A stretch of 64,000 nucleotides of DNA from a virus, in the IMG/VR virus record IMGVR_UViG_3300050821_004652, positions 5,085-69,084 of that record, one strand, 5' to 3'. Within the stretch, counting starts at the first letter, position 1; each line of letters opens with the position of its first letter. The position numbers and the translations under genes are program-made. Of the stretch, positions 8,607-17,537 are shown piece after piece. The notes beneath the pieces are model-generated. The model did not search any database. It saw only the letters and a program-made list of their open reading frames with translations, and was not told the origin of the DNA.

Positions 8607-8824
8607 CAGACCAACCCCTTTTCTTCCGCCCAGGATCTTGGCAGCGTGAGCGTGCCCTGGTTCCGCGGCGGCGCTCCACCGTCTAATTCAGCAACAGACT
8701 TTGGCACCCATTCCTTGCGCGGCGTCGACACCGACGTCGACACCAGGTAAGCGCCCTGATTTTCTTCCCCTGGATAGGTTTCCTTGTGCAACGTCACCTC
8801 GATGTCGACGAGATCGCTACGCAT
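8606..8824 (-). CDS. Hypothetical protein
   Basis: WVPKS...LTLPRSWAEEKGLV, a common small phage family. Confidence 0.7.
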   Translation of the reverse strand: MRSDLVDIEVTLHKETYPGEENQGAYLVSTSVSTPRKEWVPKSVAELDGGAPPRNQGTLTLPRSWAEEKGLV

Positions 8825-8827
8825 TCG

Positions 8828-9025
8828 TCACCCTTTCTTCGAACCATCACGATAAAGCCGTCCCTCTCGTATGCCCTTGTCCCGATCCTCCAACTCCGCC
8901 TTACGCTTCTCGAATTCCTCGCCAACCAGCTTTCGCCCTGGCAGCCCCGCGCCGCTACCTTGGAGCTCGATCATCCAATACGGGGGCTTATTCTTTTGAC
9001 CTGGTGGTCGCCCCCGCTTTGCCAT
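8828..9025 (-). CDS. Small basic protein with AT-hook-like KRGRPPG
   Basis: N-terminus MAKRGRPPG; GAGG RBS. Confidence 0.55.
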   Translation of the reverse strand: MAKRGRPPGQKNKPPYWMIELQGSGAGLPGRKLVGEEFEKRKAELEDRDKGIREGRLYRDGSKKG

Positions 9026-9052
9026 TACACAGCCTCGCGCGGATACATTACT

Positions 9053-9455
9053 GATCGTTCGACTCTGATTCTGAAAGTAAGACTCTGAAAACCTTCAGAT
9101 TCTAAGCAGCCATCGCCTCCCAGCACTCTGCACACTGTATGCAAAGACGCACGGGAGTCTGCCCAATGAGCCACCTTGGCGCTCATTCCAGATCCCAGAT
9201 CATGCAAGCCGTCTATTCGGCGCACCAGACAGGCGTAGACCCCACATGCCAGGACTGAGCAGAGGCGGGAGGGTGAGGGAGGCGGATTACGAAGGGGCCC
9301 CCGACAACTTGCACAAGGCAACGATCGTTTGTGGACGGGAGCGAACAGAACGGGCATAAATGGTTGCCCGGCTGCCACAACAGCCATCTGGACCATCGCG
9401 GTTGCCTCCGCCTTGGTCCGCAAGCGCCCTGGTTCATAGCCGGGGCGTTTGCACG
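9053..9455 (+). ncRNA. Candidate large structured non-coding RNA or ssDNA element
   Basis: Nested long-range stems plus a run of hairpins; several G-U pairs work only on the + strand; the overlapping ORF is not protein-like. Confidence 0.55.
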
Positions 9456-9461
9456 TTTGGA

Positions 9462-9713
9462 TCATGTCACAGACTCCGCCTGTGAGTCACGAGCATCGTT
9501 TAAGGGTGCCGGATTTTTCCGGAAAGGCAGCAGATAGGCATAGAGCGCGTCGCGCATCACGCGCGCCAGGGGAATACCTTTGCGCTCTGCCAGGCGCGTT
9601 GCCAGGATGAAATCGACCGGATCGAAACTCACCATCACCCGCGGCGATCGTTGCCCTCCCCGCATAGAGCCTCGAGCCGGCCGTGCATCTCGCTTACCGT
9701 TCAGCGTCGCCAT
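9462..9713 (-). CDS. Ribbon-helix-helix (CopG-like) regulator
   Basis: RVMVSFD...LAERKGIPLARVMRDALYAYL. Confidence 0.7.
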   Translation of the reverse strand: MATLNGKRDARPARGSMRGGQRSPRVMVSFDPVDFILATRLAERKGIPLARVMRDALYAYLLPFRKNPAPLNDARDSQAESVT

Positions 9714-9790
9714 TTCTAGTGCCCCCGTGCTGATTGTGGAATATATTTGGTGTCACGGGAATTTTCCCGCCTTTGCAAAGGTGTCCATCC

Positions 9791-10228
9791 ATGTGCGATT
9801 TTAGTTTGGAAGCCTTCAAGTCCGAGAAGGCCGACGTTGGTGTCAGCTACGAGCTCAAGCGGACCGTCAGCGGTTCGAAGGGCTTTTTCAAGACCTACAA
9901 CAGTCTCAACTATGCCGAAAGCTGCGCCGCCTGCGTGACCGAAGGGTCGGTGCTCCGCATCGAGATCCCCGAAGCCATGCAGTACGAGAACGGCGTCACT
10001 GCGATCGAGGACGTCATCTTCACCCAGAAAAAGCAGAGTGAAGGCTACGGCTATCGCGACGGCGTGCGCCTCGAAAACGGGAAGCAATATCTCCTCCAGG
10101 ACTTCCCCGAAGGCACCCGCGCCACTGTCCTGATGCTGGCCGATACTGCCGCACCCGAGGACAAGGCCGTCGCCTCCGACGCGCCGCCGGCCGCAGCGCC
10201 AATGTTCTACGGCGAGTACGCCGGCTGA
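9791..10228 (+). CDS. Hypothetical protein of the MCD[FY]SL family
   Basis: MCDFSL...KGF...CAACV; AAGGTG RBS. Confidence 0.7.
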   Translation: MCDFSLEAFKSEKADVGVSYELKRTVSGSKGFFKTYNSLNYAESCAACVTEGSVLRIEIPEAMQYENGVTAIEDVIFTQKKQSEGYGYRDGVRLENGKQYLLQDFPEGTRATVLMLADTAAPEDKAVASDAPPAAAPMFYGEYAG

Positions 10229-10257
10229 TTTCGTTGCCGCGTGTGGACCAACAAGGG

Positions 10258-10285
10258 AAGGCGCCCATGATCGGGCGCCTTTTCT
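10258..10285 (+). terminator. Rho-independent terminator between convergent genes
   Basis: AAGGCGCCC/GGGCGCCTT stem followed by a T run. Confidence 0.7.
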
Positions 10286-10565
10286 ATTCGGCATGGGCCA
10301 GCCGCCACACATTGTTGAGATGCGACACGCCCTTACGCTGGCCAGCTTTTTCGAACTGACCGGCGCGACGCCTTCCCTCCAGCATTACGAGAAACCGGCT
10401 ATATTCCGTGCCTGGTTTCACGCCCGCGACCTTGGCGAGCTCTGACGTCAAGGCCTCTCCTTGCCGCAATCGAGGCAGCACCCCAGCGAGCCACTTTGCC
10501 TCGATATCCGCCTTGTGGATGCGCCACCATTGGCGCTCGATGCGAGGGTCCACATAATCGCTCAT
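10284..10565 (-). CDS. Hypothetical protein, possibly winged helix
   Basis: GGAGG RBS; LTSELAKVAGVK. Confidence 0.55.
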   Translation of the reverse strand: MSDYVDPRIERQWWRIHKADIEAKWLAGVLPRLRQGEALTSELAKVAGVKPGTEYSRFLVMLEGRRRAGQFEKAGQRKGVSHLNNVWRLAHAE

Positions 10566-10602
10566 GTCGCCTCCTGGCAGATCGTCCACATAGCTCGGCC
10601 AT

Positions 10603-11121
10603 CTACTCGGCATGCCGCCACTCATCGGCTTCGATCAGCGCCACCATCGCGACGGCGCACGCATCGGCCTGGTGATCGTCAGCCACCCGGAAACCACGCG
10701 CCAGGGCCGCATTCACCATGTCGCGCTTTTTATCTTCCAGGCGCCCCCGTCCAGTCATCACCTTCTTGGCCGAAACCGATTCGACCTCCCGACATTCAAT
10801 CCCGTGCTTGGCGGCCGTCGTTTCGATCACCGCCGCCCACGTAATCTGTCCTCGCAGCACCTGTGGCGTCGTCTTGATTTTGGACGGCTTGGCATTCGGC
10901 TTGGGCGTGCGGGGAATCCACGGGCTTTCGAACACGATCAAGTCCGGTTTCCACTTAGCGATCATGCCTTCAAGCCACTTCATCAGCACCCAACCGCGCG
11001 TGCCGTAGTCATCCGGATCCCACGTCTTCGGCAGCTTGAGCGTCCCGCAGACCGGCAGATCGTCTTCGTGGAAGAGCGCCCAGCCGGTCCGCGTCGATAG
11101 ATCGAGTCCCAGGCAGATCAG
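10603..11121 (-). CDS. RuvC-like Holliday junction resolvase
   Basis: Extended frame begins (L)ICLGLDLSTRTGWA; also IVFE, KKVMTGRG and DHQADA motifs. Confidence 0.8.
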   Translation of the reverse strand: MICLGLDLSTRTGWALFHEDDLPVCGTLKLPKTWDPDDYGTRGWVLMKWLEGMIAKWKPDLIVFESPWIPRTPKPNAKPSKIKTTPQVLRGQITWAAVIETTAAKHGIECREVESVSAKKVMTGRGRLEDKKRDMVNAALARGFRVADDHQADACAVAMVALIEADEWRHAE

Positions 11122-11690
11122 GACCGCAGCCCTTCGCGAGTCACCGCCTGGCCGCGTTCGTAGTTTTCTTTCCAGCTTTCGAATTCAGCCGTACCAGGGT
11201 TGAAGGGATTGTTGTCCGGATTCTCCCCGGCCTTGCCCGCATTGAACGCCTGCAACACCGGGTCGATCTTTTCTTCCGGCGGCAGCATGTTTTGGAAGAG
11301 CGACAGTTGTTCGAGCAGTGGGCCGCCGTCGATGCGAACTAGGTCGGCCGCATCGGCGTAGTCCTGGTGAACGTGGCCCAGGTCTCGCTTGCGCTCGCGT
11401 TCCAGGATGTCGAAGCCGGCCAGCGAGAAGCCGTCCTTTTTGGCACGTTTGCGATCCTGGCTGTAGACGCTGCGCGCTTGGCGCGTCTCTTCTGAGAGCT
11501 CCGCGATCTTATCGAGCCCCTTCCGGAGATCCTTCATCCACCGCTCTTTCATCTCGTCCGACAGGCCCAGCGCCGGTCCGGGCGCGCCGTTGTCGCCCGG
11601 CCGCTTCCGCTTCGCCTTTTTCGGTAAAATCGCGATTGCCTTTCCCTTCACCTTGCCTTTCGTGTTTTTCGCACGCGCTCTGCTGGCCAT
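11118..11690 (-). CDS. GapR/DUF2312-like DNA-binding protein with Rmf-like C-terminus
   Basis: IAELSEE...KRAKKDGFS...ILERERKRD; C-terminal AFNAGKAG..NPF.PGT....W...Y..GQ. Confidence 0.55.
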   Translation of the reverse strand: MASRARAKNTKGKVKGKAIAILPKKAKRKRPGDNGAPGPALGLSDEMKERWMKDLRKGLDKIAELSEETRQARSVYSQDRKRAKKDGFSLAGFDILERERKRDLGHVHQDYADAADLVRIDGGPLLEQLSLFQNMLPPEEKIDPVLQAFNAGKAGENPDNNPFNPGTAEFESWKENYERGQAVTREGLRS

Positions 11691-11787
11691 GACTTATCCT
11701 TTCGTTGTGGACACTTACATTCTGGCTCTAATATCGCAGATGTGAAATACACATCGAATGATTCGCCCCCAGCACCAGAGACCAGGC

Positions 11788-12189
11788 CTAGCCCTTGACG
11801 TCGACCTTGGGACGAACCAATGGAATGCGCCCGCCGCCGAGGCTGGAAGGCTGAACTGCGGCGGGCGCTGCGGTGGAAGGGAGAGCACCGCAATCCGCCG
11901 GCGCGGGTACACCGGCAGATGGAAAGAGCATCTTGAGCGCATCGGCTCGAGACAGACGCTTGCTCTGCGTCAACAGTTTGTAGTGGCTTCGCTGTAGGAG
12001 CGTCATGGGTGGCAGCCCGCGGCTACCGCCCATCCTGTTCCCCATCATGCGGACGCTCGACATCATTGCGTGGCGCTTGCGCCGATAGTGCCGCAGCACG
12101 TCGACCAGCATGTCGATCGCCGCCGTACACTCCGCGATCGTTTGGCCGTCAGGCAGCCTTCGCGCCCACTCCGGTTCCGCGCCTGGCAT
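11788..12189 (-). CDS. Hypothetical protein
   Basis: GGAGG RBS, ATG at 12189. Confidence 0.5.
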   Translation of the reverse strand: MPGAEPEWARRLPDGQTIAECTAAIDMLVDVLRHYRRKRHAMMSSVRMMGNRMGGSRGLPPMTLLQRSHYKLLTQSKRLSRADALKMLFPSAGVPAPADCGALPSTAAPAAVQPSSLGGGRIPLVRPKVDVKG

Positions 12190-12388
12190 TGATCCTCCGC
12201 TTTTCGAAGACCCCAAGCCGCCACGACGGAACGCGCCCGACCCGGTGCCAATAAAGCACCGTCGCGAAAGGCACGTCGATCTCAGCAGCAAACTGTTTTA
12301 GGGCAGTCATATCCTGGCGGCCGTTGCGAACGCTGGGAAGATCTTCGATTAGGCTCGCCAGGTATTGAAGGGCTTCGCGCTCTGTCAT
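12149..12388 (-). CDS. Cro-like HTH regulator
   Basis: KQFAAEIDVPFATVLYWHRVGRVP. Confidence 0.7.
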   Translation of the reverse strand: MTEREALQYLASLIEDLPSVRNGRQDMTALKQFAAEIDVPFATVLYWHRVGRVPSWRLGVFEKRRINARRGTGVGAKAA

Positions 12389-12466
12389 GGCCGAACAATT
12401 AAGCCGAAACGAAAAAATGTCAAACGAGTTGTTGACTGATCGTTTGGGATTGCATAGAACCCCGAC
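12389..12466. promoter_or_regulatory. Divergent sigma70-type promoters with a palindromic operator
   Basis: + strand TTGACT(12432)-17 bp-TAGAAC; - strand TTGACA(12423); CAAACGA-N12-TCGTTTG at 12421-12446. Confidence 0.65.
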
Positions 12467-12649
12467 ATGACGAACAAGGACCCGCGCTACCACTGCGCTC
12501 CGCCGCCAGGCCACGATGACGTGTGGGTTGCAGGATGGTTTCCCGCAAAGCCCGTCATTCTTTCTCTCTGGAAATTTGATCCAACCATGCCGCTCACCGG
12601 CCTCGCGCTCCGCCTCTTGGCCGTGAGCAACGCCTGGAGGCATGAGTGA
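12467..12649 (+). CDS. Hypothetical protein, probably leaderless
   Basis: ATG 6 nt after the -10 box, no RBS. Confidence 0.5.
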   Translation: MTNKDPRYHCAPPPGHDDVWVAGWFPAKPVILSLWKFDPTMPLTGLALRLLAVSNAWRHE

Positions 12650-12851
12650 GCTTCAGCGTCGGCCCACTCCTCTTGCTTTGGTTCATCTTCGCAACCCCGG
12701 TCGAGTTGCCGGACGAAACGATGCCGGTGCCGCCGTCCTGGCCCGCCCAGGACAAGATGCTGCTGCCCGCAACTCTCCCCGTAGAATTCGTCCAGATCAT
12801 TGTGGACGCATAGGCACCGGCCTTCTCCGGCAATCACAGAAGGGAAACACG

Positions 12852-13613
12852 ATGAGGAAGTTTATTGGGGGCGCGTCGATTTTCTTGGCTTTAGCGGGAC
12901 CGGCCCACGCTTGGGACGATCCGCCCAAGCCGGCGCCCGCTCCGGCTGCCACCGCGATTGCTGGCGCCTCGGCCACGGCGATCAACCAGAACAATATTAG
13001 CAGCTACAACATCAATCAGAACAAGCAGCTTCAGTTCCAGGGTCAGTTTCAGAAGCAGACCGCGACCGGCGGCGTAGGGAACGGCGGCGCCGGAGGCAAC
13101 GTCACCAACAACATCACGACCGGCGGAGGCGGCGGCGCGACACCGGCAACGGCGGTCAACCCGAATGCCACGGTGAACAACAACGCCGCCGCCAGCCAGC
13201 CGGGATCGACCTACAGCACGGTTTATACCCAGAACGGCAACAGCCCCTGGAACAACCCCGCGGCCTCTGCCGTGGCGCCCAGCGTCTATGCTGCGTCGAT
13301 CTGCCAGTCCGCGATCTCCGGCGCCGCTCAGACCCCGCTCTTTGGCCTATCCTTCGGATCGGTCCAGGGACTGGACGTCTGCATCAAGATGATGATGGCC
13401 GAACAGGCGAAGACCAACGGCCGCCAGGACATGGCGACTTACTTCTACTGCCAGGCGAAGGAATGGCGGGACGCCTTCAAGGCGACCGGAACGCCGTGCC
13501 CGCAGGACGCGCCCAAGCAGACTGCCCAGGCGGTCGCGCCCATGCAGACCGCCTCGACGCTGCCGCCCAACTGTTCGATCGTGCAGCCCGGCAACTACGT
13601 CACTTGCCGCTGA
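12852..13613 (+). CDS. Exported Gly/Asn/Gln-rich protein with Cys-containing C-terminal domain
   Basis: Signal peptide MRKFIGGASIFLALAGPAHA; AAGGG RBS. Confidence 0.75.
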   Translation: MRKFIGGASIFLALAGPAHAWDDPPKPAPAPAATAIAGASATAINQNNISSYNINQNKQLQFQGQFQKQTATGGVGNGGAGGNVTNNITTGGGGGATPATAVNPNATVNNNAAASQPGSTYSTVYTQNGNSPWNNPAASAVAPSVYAASICQSAISGAAQTPLFGLSFGSVQGLDVCIKMMMAEQAKTNGRQDMATYFYCQAKEWRDAFKATGTPCPQDAPKQTAQAVAPMQTASTLPPNCSIVQPGNYVTCR

Positions 13614-13675
13614 CTTGCTCCCTTGCCTTCGGCCGCTCATCGGCCGGAGGATAGGCAACAAGCCGGAGGGTCAAC

Positions 13676-13846
13676 ATGCCAAGGACAAAGTGTTGCTGCT
13701 GGTGTGGCGAGGATCTAGGTGTCCCACACGACCGCGAGCCTGAAAGCTGCGGCAAACCCGAGTGCAATCGCGAGCTTCGCAATCAGCTACGGGAAGAACG
13801 CGAGGAAGCGCACGAACGGCTTGACCGCGATATGGGATGGGATTGA
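13676..13846 (+). CDS. Small Cys-rich protein (MPRTKCCCWCG...SCGKPECNRE)
   Basis: GGAGG RBS; read from the sequence, below the ORF-track size cutoff. Confidence 0.6.
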   Translation: MPRTKCCCWCGEDLGVPHDREPESCGKPECNRELRNQLREEREEAHERLDRDMGWD

Positions 13847-13970
13847 TGACCCACCCGGAACACGAAGACATGAAGTGCGATGGCGACGACGAGATCGACC
13901 CCGTGCTCGTGACGACGCTCATCATCGGCATTCAGCTTTGCCTCTTCTATATCGTTTGGCGGATCTTCGG

Positions 13971-14312
13971 ATGATCGAGCATTTCTGGCGCGCGAAGCTG
14001 GTGCCCGGCGGTCCATTCGTGGGAGTAAAAACCTTCCTTGGGCCGCCCCTGGTCGACGGCGAATATCTCGACCGCTCGCCCAGGTGGCAGGCGATCATCC
14101 GCAACGAGACCACGGCGCGCGCCATCCTGATGCTTGGCAACGAGAACGCGCCGGTGGAGATCGACGGCAAGAATATCCGCAGCGTCCAGGCGATCACTAA
14201 GGAAGACTACCTCTTGCTGATCCGACATTCCGAGTGGGCGACCAAGCACGCGCCGCATCTCCCCGACGCCAATCCCGAAACCCCTATCGACTGGATGAAG
14301 GTGCCACTATGA
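13971..14312 (+). CDS. Hypothetical phage protein
   Basis: RAKLVPGGPFVGV...LDRSPRWQA. Confidence 0.7.
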   Translation: MIEHFWRAKLVPGGPFVGVKTFLGPPLVDGEYLDRSPRWQAIIRNETTARAILMLGNENAPVEIDGKNIRSVQAITKEDYLLLIRHSEWATKHAPHLPDANPETPIDWMKVPL

Positions 14313-14557
14313 GCAGGCAACCAGTGGGACAGATCGAGCTACGCAGGGAAGGGCTATGGTGGGTCGGATATTACAATGGCAGCACCAGGATCGAATTAGC
14401 CCGCGTTCTCATGCACCTCGCAGAGGAAGAACCGCAGGTAAAAGAGGCCTTCGTCGAATTTATGAAAACGATGGTCGGACGAGTCATTGCGCAAGTCACA
14501 GGGAGAAATCCGACCTTTGACGCACCGCACCCAGCACCCAGAAGGAGCGAACATTGA
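14309..14557 (+). CDS. Hypothetical protein
   Basis: ATGA overlap. Confidence 0.65.
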   Translation: MSRQPVGQIELRREGLWWVGYYNGSTRIELARVLMHLAEEEPQVKEAFVEFMKTMVGRVIAQVTGRNPTFDAPHPAPRRSEH

Positions 14558-15291
14558 CCATGGCAACGATCGGCGACAACAGCGGCGAGCTTACCGAGGC
14601 TCAGAAGATCGCCGCCAACCTTGCGGAGAAATACCCGCAGATCATCGCCAGGGCGAACGAGATCCTTAACCGGCTTGAGAAGACGCCGGCGGTAATCGCC
14701 ACCAAGGACGAATCGGACAAGGTGAGCGAATTCATCCGAGTCTGCATGACGTTCGACAGCGTGGCGGACGACACCCGCGACACCGAAAAGCGTCCCTACT
14801 GGGACGCCGGCAAAGCGGTGGACGGTTTTTTCAATAACCTTCGCGCGATCGTATCCAAGGTCAGAGACGACCTGAAAGCCCGCGCCAAAGCCTACGACGT
14901 CAAGATGCTTAAGGAAGAGGAGGAACGGCGCAAAAAGGCGGCTGACCTTCTCAGGGAAGAAGCCGAAATCCTGGCCGCCAAGGCGAAAACCCCAGAGCAG
15001 GAGATGAATGCCAAGGCGACCATGATGGACGCACGGGACGCCGAAGCCGCCATCGCCGTCAAGCCGGCCGAGCTCACCCGCACGCGCACCGCTACCGGCG
15101 TCACCCGCAGCCTCACCGTGATCTGGAAACACGAAGTCACCGATCCCAAGAAGGTGCCGAAGAAGTACCTGGCACCAAGCGCCGCGCTAATCGACGCCGC
15201 CATCAAGGCCGCCACCACAGAAGACCGCAAGTGCGATCTCGAGATTCCCGGCGTCAGGATCTATCCCGACTACGATTCGCGGGTGCGCTGA
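14554..15291 (+). CDS. Coiled-coil recombination-module protein
   Basis: IGDN start, EKRPYWDAGKAVDGFF, ends EIPGVRIY; typical upstream of Bet/Erf. Confidence 0.7.
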   Translation: MTMATIGDNSGELTEAQKIAANLAEKYPQIIARANEILNRLEKTPAVIATKDESDKVSEFIRVCMTFDSVADDTRDTEKRPYWDAGKAVDGFFNNLRAIVSKVRDDLKARAKAYDVKMLKEEEERRKKAADLLREEAEILAAKAKTPEQEMNAKATMMDARDAEAAIAVKPAELTRTRTATGVTRSLTVIWKHEVTDPKKVPKKYLAPSAALIDAAIKAATTEDRKCDLEIPGVRIYPDYDSRVR

Positions 15292-15524
15292 TGCTGACAC
15301 CTTCAGCATGGCTGACCGTGCAACGGTCGGAGACCGGGGAAGATCCGGATACTGAAATCGTGATCGTGGAAATAAGGGGCTGGAACCACGGCGCCACGTT
15401 CGAATTCAAGGTGCATGAGGTTCAAGCCCTATTCGACGACCTGAAGCGCGCTCTTGAGGACTCTGTGCCGATGATGCGCCACGAAGATCTCGGCTTAACG
15501 GACCCCGATGACATACCGTTTTGA
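15291..15524 (+). CDS. Hypothetical protein with SSB-like acidic tail DDIPF
   Basis: TGATG overlap; C-terminal PDDIPF. Confidence 0.55.
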   Translation: MLTPSAWLTVQRSETGEDPDTEIVIVEIRGWNHGATFEFKVHEVQALFDDLKRALEDSVPMMRHEDLGLTDPDDIPF

Positions 15525-15741
15525 GCCATACATGCCCAAACTCGGCTTCACCAAACGCCCGCTCTGTCCGTTTTGCAGCGCGCCATGGACAGACGCCATG
15601 ATTCGCGTGTTCGACATCGACGCCCGTCACGGACGCGACAGTTACGATTTTGGCCCCGAGGACCAGCAAGCCACCGTCGACATCACCTGTACCACATGCA
15701 AGCGGCTGATCTACCGCAAGCACTACAAGGGAGATAGCTAA
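15508..15741 (+). CDS. Zn-ribbon protein
   Basis: CPFC...CTTC. Confidence 0.6.
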   Translation: MTYRFEPYMPKLGFTKRPLCPFCSAPWTDAMIRVFDIDARHGRDSYDFGPEDQQATVDITCTTCKRLIYRKHYKGDS

Positions 15742-17087
15742 TGGCCACCACGACCACGAAGACCGACCAGCAGACGAACAGCAGGCCAATGCCTCCCCCG
15801 TTGAAGCCGGCCGAGAGCAAAGGCCAGGTCGCAGTGATCGCGCCGTTGCGCATGGCATTTCCCGAAGTCTACAAGAAGGAATTCGAGATCACAGAGACCG
15901 ATTGGCGCGCGCTCACGGATGCGGTGTTCCCTGGCGCCAGGACCATCGAGGCAGTCGGGATGGCCCTGGCCTACTGCAAGAAGCGCAACCTCGACATTTT
16001 CAAGCGGCCCGTTCACATCGTTTCGATCTATAGCGCCGCGCTCAAGAAGACGGTGGAGTCCGTTTGGCCAGGCATCAACGAACTGCGCACGACGGCGATG
16101 CGAACCAACAACTACGCCGGCATGGAGAAGCCGGAGTACGGGCCGATGATCAAGAAAGTTTTCGGCGGCGGGAAAGTGAAAAGACGTAACGACCACGGCG
16201 ACGACTATTGGGCGGAGGAACCTACGATCGAGCTAGAGTTTCCCGAATGGTGTGAGATTACCGTCCATCGTTTCGTGCAAGGCCACAAGGTCACCTTCCC
16301 TGGCCCTCGCGTCTACTGGCTCGAGACCTACGCCACCAAAGGACACTTCAGCACGCTCCCAAATGATATGTGGGAGAAGCGTTCTAACGGCCAGCTAGAG
16401 AAGTGTGCCGAGGCTGCCGCCTTGCGTCGCGCCTTTCCGGAAGAGATTGGCGATGACCATGTGATCGAAGAACTCGGCGCCTTCAATCGAACGGAGCCGG
16501 TGGACATCACCGAAACCGGCAGCGTGACGGTAGGCAAAGAGACGCCACCGGAACCGACGCGCGAATCAGTCAAAAAGGAATCGGCCACCCCTACATCGGC
16601 CGATACTGGGCAAGCCGCCAAGACTTCCCCGGCGGCGGGCGGCGGCGATAGTACGGCTAAGGCAACCCCGCCCGACGCCAAACCCGAGGCCGCCGCCCAG
16701 CCCGAGATCAAACCCAAGACCGGCAAGCGCAAGACGAAGGCAAAGCCGGTCACCGATGTGGTCGACCAGAACCAGGCGGCAGGCAAAGAGACCGGCCCGG
16801 ACGATGGCGCCGCGACCGAGCAGGAACAGGCCGCAGCAGCCGGCCAGCCCGAGAAGCCGGAGCCGCTGATTTTCGAGCCCTACAAACGCGCCGGAGATTT
16901 TTTCATATTCTCCGATCCGTTCCTTGAGGATCCGAAACGCACCCCCGACGAGGCGCGCCAGTGGGAAGCCTTCTATCGCAACTACATCAAGAACATGAGC
17001 GAGCAAGGGAGTCCGGCTGCCAAGGAAGCGCTGGCAAGCACAATAGGGCTATACAGCGCCGTCCTGGCCAGGGAGAAGCCGGAATAG
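15741..17087 (+). CDS. bet: Single-strand annealing recombinase, Red-beta/RecT family
   Basis: LDIFKRPVHIV, GINELRTTAMRT..YAG, WEKR..QLEKCAEAAALRRAFPEE. Confidence 0.85.
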   Translation: MATTTTKTDQQTNSRPMPPPLKPAESKGQVAVIAPLRMAFPEVYKKEFEITETDWRALTDAVFPGARTIEAVGMALAYCKKRNLDIFKRPVHIVSIYSAALKKTVESVWPGINELRTTAMRTNNYAGMEKPEYGPMIKKVFGGGKVKRRNDHGDDYWAEEPTIELEFPEWCEITVHRFVQGHKVTFPGPRVYWLETYATKGHFSTLPNDMWEKRSNGQLEKCAEAAALRRAFPEEIGDDHVIEELGAFNRTEPVDITETGSVTVGKETPPEPTRESVKKESATPTSADTGQAAKTSPAAGGGDSTAKATPPDAKPEAAAQPEIKPKTGKRKTKAKPVTDVVDQNQAAGKETGPDDGAATEQEQAAAAGQPEKPEPLIFEPYKRAGDFFIFSDPFLEDPKRTPDEARQWEAFYRNYIKNMSEQGSPAAKEALASTIGLYSAVLAREKPE

Positions 17088-17537
17088 ATGCGTACCTGGA
17101 CGTACTGGCTCCGCGTCGAACGAGACCGCGATCTTGCCCTGAGCGCAATTTACAAGGCGAAACTCAATGACGGCTGGCAAGTCCAGCTTCGCAAGTTGCG
17201 CACCCTCGAACAGAACGCGCGCCTCCATGCCATGCTGACAGACGTGGCAGGACAGTTGCTATGGCCGCAGCCGCCCCGCAACGATGGCGAGCTCCACGAC
17301 GTCGAATGGTGGAAACGGCGGACCGAGCTAGGATGGCTCATCGACATCAACGAAAAGCCGGAAGTGATCGAATCCCTAGACGGCTCGACGTTCGCTTTGC
17401 TGCTGCCGCACACTTCTGATCTCGATACGGAGCAGATGGCATCCTACATCGAATGGCTCACCGCCTTCGGGACCATGAACGGAGTTGTATTCACCGATCC
17501 GAACGAAGGGCCACCCGTGCCGGAGGATTATCGATGA
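17088..17537 (+). CDS. ninB: NinB/YbcN-family recombination protein
   Basis: RTLEQNARLHAMLTDVA...TSDLDTEQMASYIEWLTAFG. Confidence 0.8.
   Translation: MRTWTYWLRVERDRDLALSAIYKAKLNDGWQVQLRKLRTLEQNARLHAMLTDVAGQLLWPQPPRNDGELHDVEWWKRRTELGWLIDINEKPEVIESLDGSTFALLLPHTSDLDTEQMASYIEWLTAFGTMNGVVFTDPNEGPPVPEDYR

Noticed and set aside
9025-9465. 146-aa ORF on the - strand
   Set aside because: Composition is not protein-like and the region is better explained by structure. It does abut both neighbours, so it is not fully excluded.
9420-9470. IS200/IS605-type end or TnpB omega-RNA (hairpin followed by ...ATGTCAC)
   Set aside because: Only a loose resemblance; no TnpA, TnpB or IscB gene in the window
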